NCBI GenBank assembly: GCA_003229935.1
Contig: QIGD01000012.1
Location: 1 to 39,654, forward strand
Direction of reading: 5' to 3'
Source of the DNA: Methanobacteriota archaeon
Lineage (GTDB): Archaea; Hydrothermarchaeota; Hydrothermarchaeia; Hydrothermarchaeales; BMS3B
Length of the DNA: 39,654 nucleotides
Part shown: one piece after another, positions 37,046-39,654 of the stretch
How the letters are laid out: each line of letters starts with the position of its first letter
Numbering within the stretch: the first letter of the stretch is position 1
Translations under genes and position numbers: made by a program
Notes under the pieces: model-generated
Database searches by the model: none
Seen by the model: only the letters and a program-made list of their open reading frames with translations
What the model was told of the DNA's origin: nothing

Positions 37046-37552
37046 ATGAAAATAAAAATTGATGGCGCAGAAGCGAAGGTAGTTTTTGAAGCATGTCACC
37101 TTGTGCCTGGAAATGGTAAATGCGGCCGTTTGCATCCACACTTCAATAAAGTAAGTGTTGTAATTGATGGTAATCTATCTTCTAAAAGAAGAGTCTTGCA
37201 CCTTTACAAATTAAAGTATATGATTCTAGAAATATGTAATGAACTGGACGGGAAAGTGCTTCTGGCACAATATCCAGAAAATATCATGCATGTTGAAAGA
37301 AACATTAACTATGTAAAAGTCTCAGTTAACGGAAAGACATACTCTTTACCAGAGGAAGATGTGATGCAACTCCCGATTAGCTCTCTGAATACTGAAGACA
37401 TGTGCCTGTACTTTTCAGATAGAATAATACGCAGCATAAAGGATGAATTTGATATTTCAAGAATAAACTGGGTTGAGGTTATATTTGACGAAGGCCATGG
37501 ACAGATTGCGGCAAATAGAGTAATCCTCAATAAAGACAATCAGGTGCCATAA
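37046..37552 (+). CDS. 6-pyruvoyl-tetrahydropterin synthase / QueD-like (PTPS-fold) protein, divergent
   Basis: FEACHLVPGNGKCGRLHPHFNKVSVVIDG resembles F.A.H.L......C..LHGH.Y.V.V, with the His triad and Cys present. LDGKVLL stands where LDH..L is usual. Confidence 0.55.
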   Translation: MKIKIDGAEAKVVFEACHLVPGNGKCGRLHPHFNKVSVVIDGNLSSKRRVLHLYKLKYMILEICNELDGKVLLAQYPENIMHVERNINYVKVSVNGKTYSLPEEDVMQLPISSLNTEDMCLYFSDRIIRSIKDEFDISRINWVEVIFDEGHGQIAANRVILNKDNQVP

Positions 37553-37553
37553 T

Positions 37554-38483
37554 TTGAAAGCAGGAATAATTCTGGCTGGTGGAAAGGCAGAACGCTTTGG
37601 AAGTGATAAAGCACTTGCAAAATTAAATGGTGAAGTTCTTATAAAGCATGTACATAGTGCCCTCAAGGAAAGTGTTGATAGAGTATTTATATGTGTTGAC
37701 AGTGAGGAAAAAATAAGAAAATACCGATTTTTGAAGGATGATATTACTGAATTTATTGTAGATATGGCAGAAGATTTTTCCAAGGGACCTCTAAGAGGTA
37801 TATTAACCGGAGTCAGAAATATAGAAGGAGAATATTTTCTTGTCACATCAACTGATGTTCCATTTATAAAACCAGAAGCTATAGATATTCTTTTTGAAAA
37901 GGCACAGAATGTAGAGGCTGCTCTGCCTGTATGGAGTACCAGTATTATGGAACCTCTATTTGCCGTATATAGTCAAAAAGCTGTAGAAAGGATAAGTGAT
38001 TATATGCATCGTTATTCTACAACCACAGGTAAAAACCCATGGGCTATAGATTTAATAAGGAGTTTTGATAAAATATCTCTAATAGAAGTTAGAAATATTG
38101 ATAGTACTCTTGGTTCCTTTATAAATATCAACACAAAAGATATGCTTGAAAGCTTAAATTACACTGGAGCAGAGGAGGCAAATAAGCAGGTGAAAGGTAA
38201 TGGTGGTAACAGAATACTTGTAAATAAACCTGCATCAAACTTTTTTAGAAAGGGTATAGAATACGAGATTCGTGCCTGTATTGACTCTGATAAATCTCTA
38301 TACAATGCTGCGGCACGATACTTCAGAAAGGAAGCAGATTTTTATTATCGTAATGATATACTATTTCTTGCAGCAAGGGCAAGAATGTCGGAATATCAGT
38401 GCTATGAAAGGGCTGCTCAACTTTCAAAGAATGAGTATTCCAGCCTTTTTCAGAGGATAGGTATAAGGAAAAAGAAGACTTAA
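37554..38483 (+). CDS. mobA: Molybdenum cofactor guanylyltransferase (MobA) with ~110-aa C-terminal extension
   Basis: TTG start. MKAGIILAGGKAERFGSDKALAKLNG and TSTDVPF are MobA signatures. At 309 aa it is longer than the roughly 200 aa I recall for MobA. Confidence 0.75.
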   Translation: MKAGIILAGGKAERFGSDKALAKLNGEVLIKHVHSALKESVDRVFICVDSEEKIRKYRFLKDDITEFIVDMAEDFSKGPLRGILTGVRNIEGEYFLVTSTDVPFIKPEAIDILFEKAQNVEAALPVWSTSIMEPLFAVYSQKAVERISDYMHRYSTTTGKNPWAIDLIRSFDKISLIEVRNIDSTLGSFININTKDMLESLNYTGAEEANKQVKGNGGNRILVNKPASNFFRKGIEYEIRACIDSDKSLYNAAARYFRKEADFYYRNDILFLAARARMSEYQCYERAAQLSKNEYSSLFQRIGIRKKKT

Positions 38484-39613
38484 AAGAGCCCCAGTTTCTC
38501 ATGCTTTGTCCACACATCAAAGCCTCTGACTATACTTTTAACAAATTCCCTCTTTTCTCTATTATCGCCTGGAATCTCACAGTTAAAGCGTGTTCTGAAA
38601 AGTGCCACAAATGCTCCACCTCTTCCAGTGTCAACGTAATCCTGCAGAATCTTTTTATTTTCTAAAGCCATCTCTTTAATTTTATTGTCTTCCATATGAA
38701 TTATAATCCATTCCATCTGAGAGAACCTGAAGCACAACTCAGAAATCTCAGCAAACCTCTCTTCACAGGTTAAGCTGAAAAAATACTCTTTTGAAGGTGC
38801 TGGAAAATTTTCAATTAGACTCTTCGTAATCTCCACTTCAGAATTTATTACCTCATTTATTCTTTCCTCTATGACTTTTTCTGTAAATATAATCCTCTCG
38901 GCAAAATTTATTGCATTATGTTCAAATAGTGATAGAAGTTCGCCTTCCTCCCTCTGAAACCCCATATTCAATGAGGTTCTGAGATAGTTCATGTACAGGT
39001 GAGAGGGTATCAAAAGACTAAATATTTTCAATGCATATTTACTCTGCACATTGTCAAAAATAAACACAATAATACCAGGGGGTGTTACAACCACGTTATG
39101 CTCAGATTCACTCTCCCAAGAGGTTATAACTACCCCTTCAATGCCAATTTCTTCAAGCTTCCTCACTCCCAGACGAGACATAAATTTAAGGGATACCTCT
39201 TTGAAGATATCTGCATATTCATCTTTCAGAGTATTTATCACAGGAATACCAAAGATTTCTTTTCTTGCATATAATTTCAAAGCACAATTAGGGCAAATAG
39301 GAATTCCATCTTTCTCCAGAAGAATCCTGCCGCTTTTATGGCATGATGTACAATAAAACTCCTCTATATCCTGCTTCAGTGATGGGCAATCCTTTATGTG
39401 CCTTCTTATTCTCTCTCTGGAGACGAAGCTCTTTCCACACCTGCACTCCAATTTTGTTCTGATAACTTTCCATGATACTCTTCCTCTGCCATTCTGAAGC
39501 TTTCTATCGCATAGGTGCTTTATGTGGCTTTCAAGTTCAGATTTCTTCACCACCACCCCACAGTAGGGACATTTAGAAGTATATGTGCCATCCAGGATTA
39601 CAGAGAACTTCAT
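38480..39613 (-). CDS. Hypothetical multi-zinc-finger protein
   Basis: N-terminus has three Cys/His clusters (CPYC..H...C; CRC...H...C; CTSC...CPNC), followed by ~250 aa with no motif I recognise. Confidence 0.45.
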   Translation of the reverse strand: MKFSVILDGTYTSKCPYCGVVVKKSELESHIKHLCDRKLQNGRGRVSWKVIRTKLECRCGKSFVSRERIRRHIKDCPSLKQDIEEFYCTSCHKSGRILLEKDGIPICPNCALKLYARKEIFGIPVINTLKDEYADIFKEVSLKFMSRLGVRKLEEIGIEGVVITSWESESEHNVVVTPPGIIVFIFDNVQSKYALKIFSLLIPSHLYMNYLRTSLNMGFQREEGELLSLFEHNAINFAERIIFTEKVIEERINEVINSEVEITKSLIENFPAPSKEYFFSLTCEERFAEISELCFRFSQMEWIIIHMEDNKIKEMALENKKILQDYVDTGRGGAFVALFRTRFNCEIPGDNREKREFVKSIVRGFDVWTKHEKLGLF

Positions 39614-39654
39614 AGTTCATAAAGATTTTATATTATATATAAAAATGTCGATTT

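Noticed and set aside
38480-38483. Convergent genes sharing a TTAA double stop (mobA / zinc-finger gene), and other short convergent overlaps (7860-7873, 21696-21740)
   Set aside because: Such overlaps are common in compact genomes with AT-rich stop codons. There is no evidence of functional significance.
1-39654. CRISPR arrays, rRNA genes, inteins, retron/DGR-type or toxin-antitoxin modules
   Set aside because: I found no regularly spaced direct repeats, no rRNA-like conserved blocks, no in-frame insertions in the conserved proteins, and no reverse transcriptase or small paired toxin/antitoxin ORFs on either strand.

Overview
AT-rich archaeal chromosomal window. Archaeal markers are a class-I CCA-adding enzyme, RpoK/RpoN, the L18e-L13-S9 and enolase-S2 ribosomal cluster with tRNA-Pro, Tfx, CofC and HdrBC. 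About 45 credible protein genes, nearly all housekeeping: inositol-3-phosphate synthase, RNase Z, a Trm11-like methyltransferase, HtrA protease, a MutS-like ATPase, a four-subunit 2-oxoacid:ferredoxin oxidoreductase operon, RlmE, TrpF, AroD/AroE, NadC/PncA, ThiL, and a Tfx-ModABC-PTPS-like-MobA molybdenum locus. I see no CRISPR array, no rRNA and no recognisable multi-gene defence system. The unusual content is the repeat and mobile-DNA layer in the intergenic spaces. (i) A terminal-repeat family with core CCCACGACTAAAG has 8 copies, tied to a decayed TnpB (IS200/IS605-type) remnant and a 146-bp palindromic MITE. (ii) A second ~350-430-nt structured repeat that I do not recognise has two full copies plus extra terminal hairpins with compensatory substitutions; one insertion splits the oxidoreductase operon at the delta/alpha junction. 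(iii) An internally deleted IS1-family element keeps intact ends and a 7-bp target duplication. In addition, a metallophosphoesterase / LMW-phosphatase-like fusion gene is broken by a perfect 10-bp tandem duplication. All functional calls come from reading motifs by eye; none was checked by database search.
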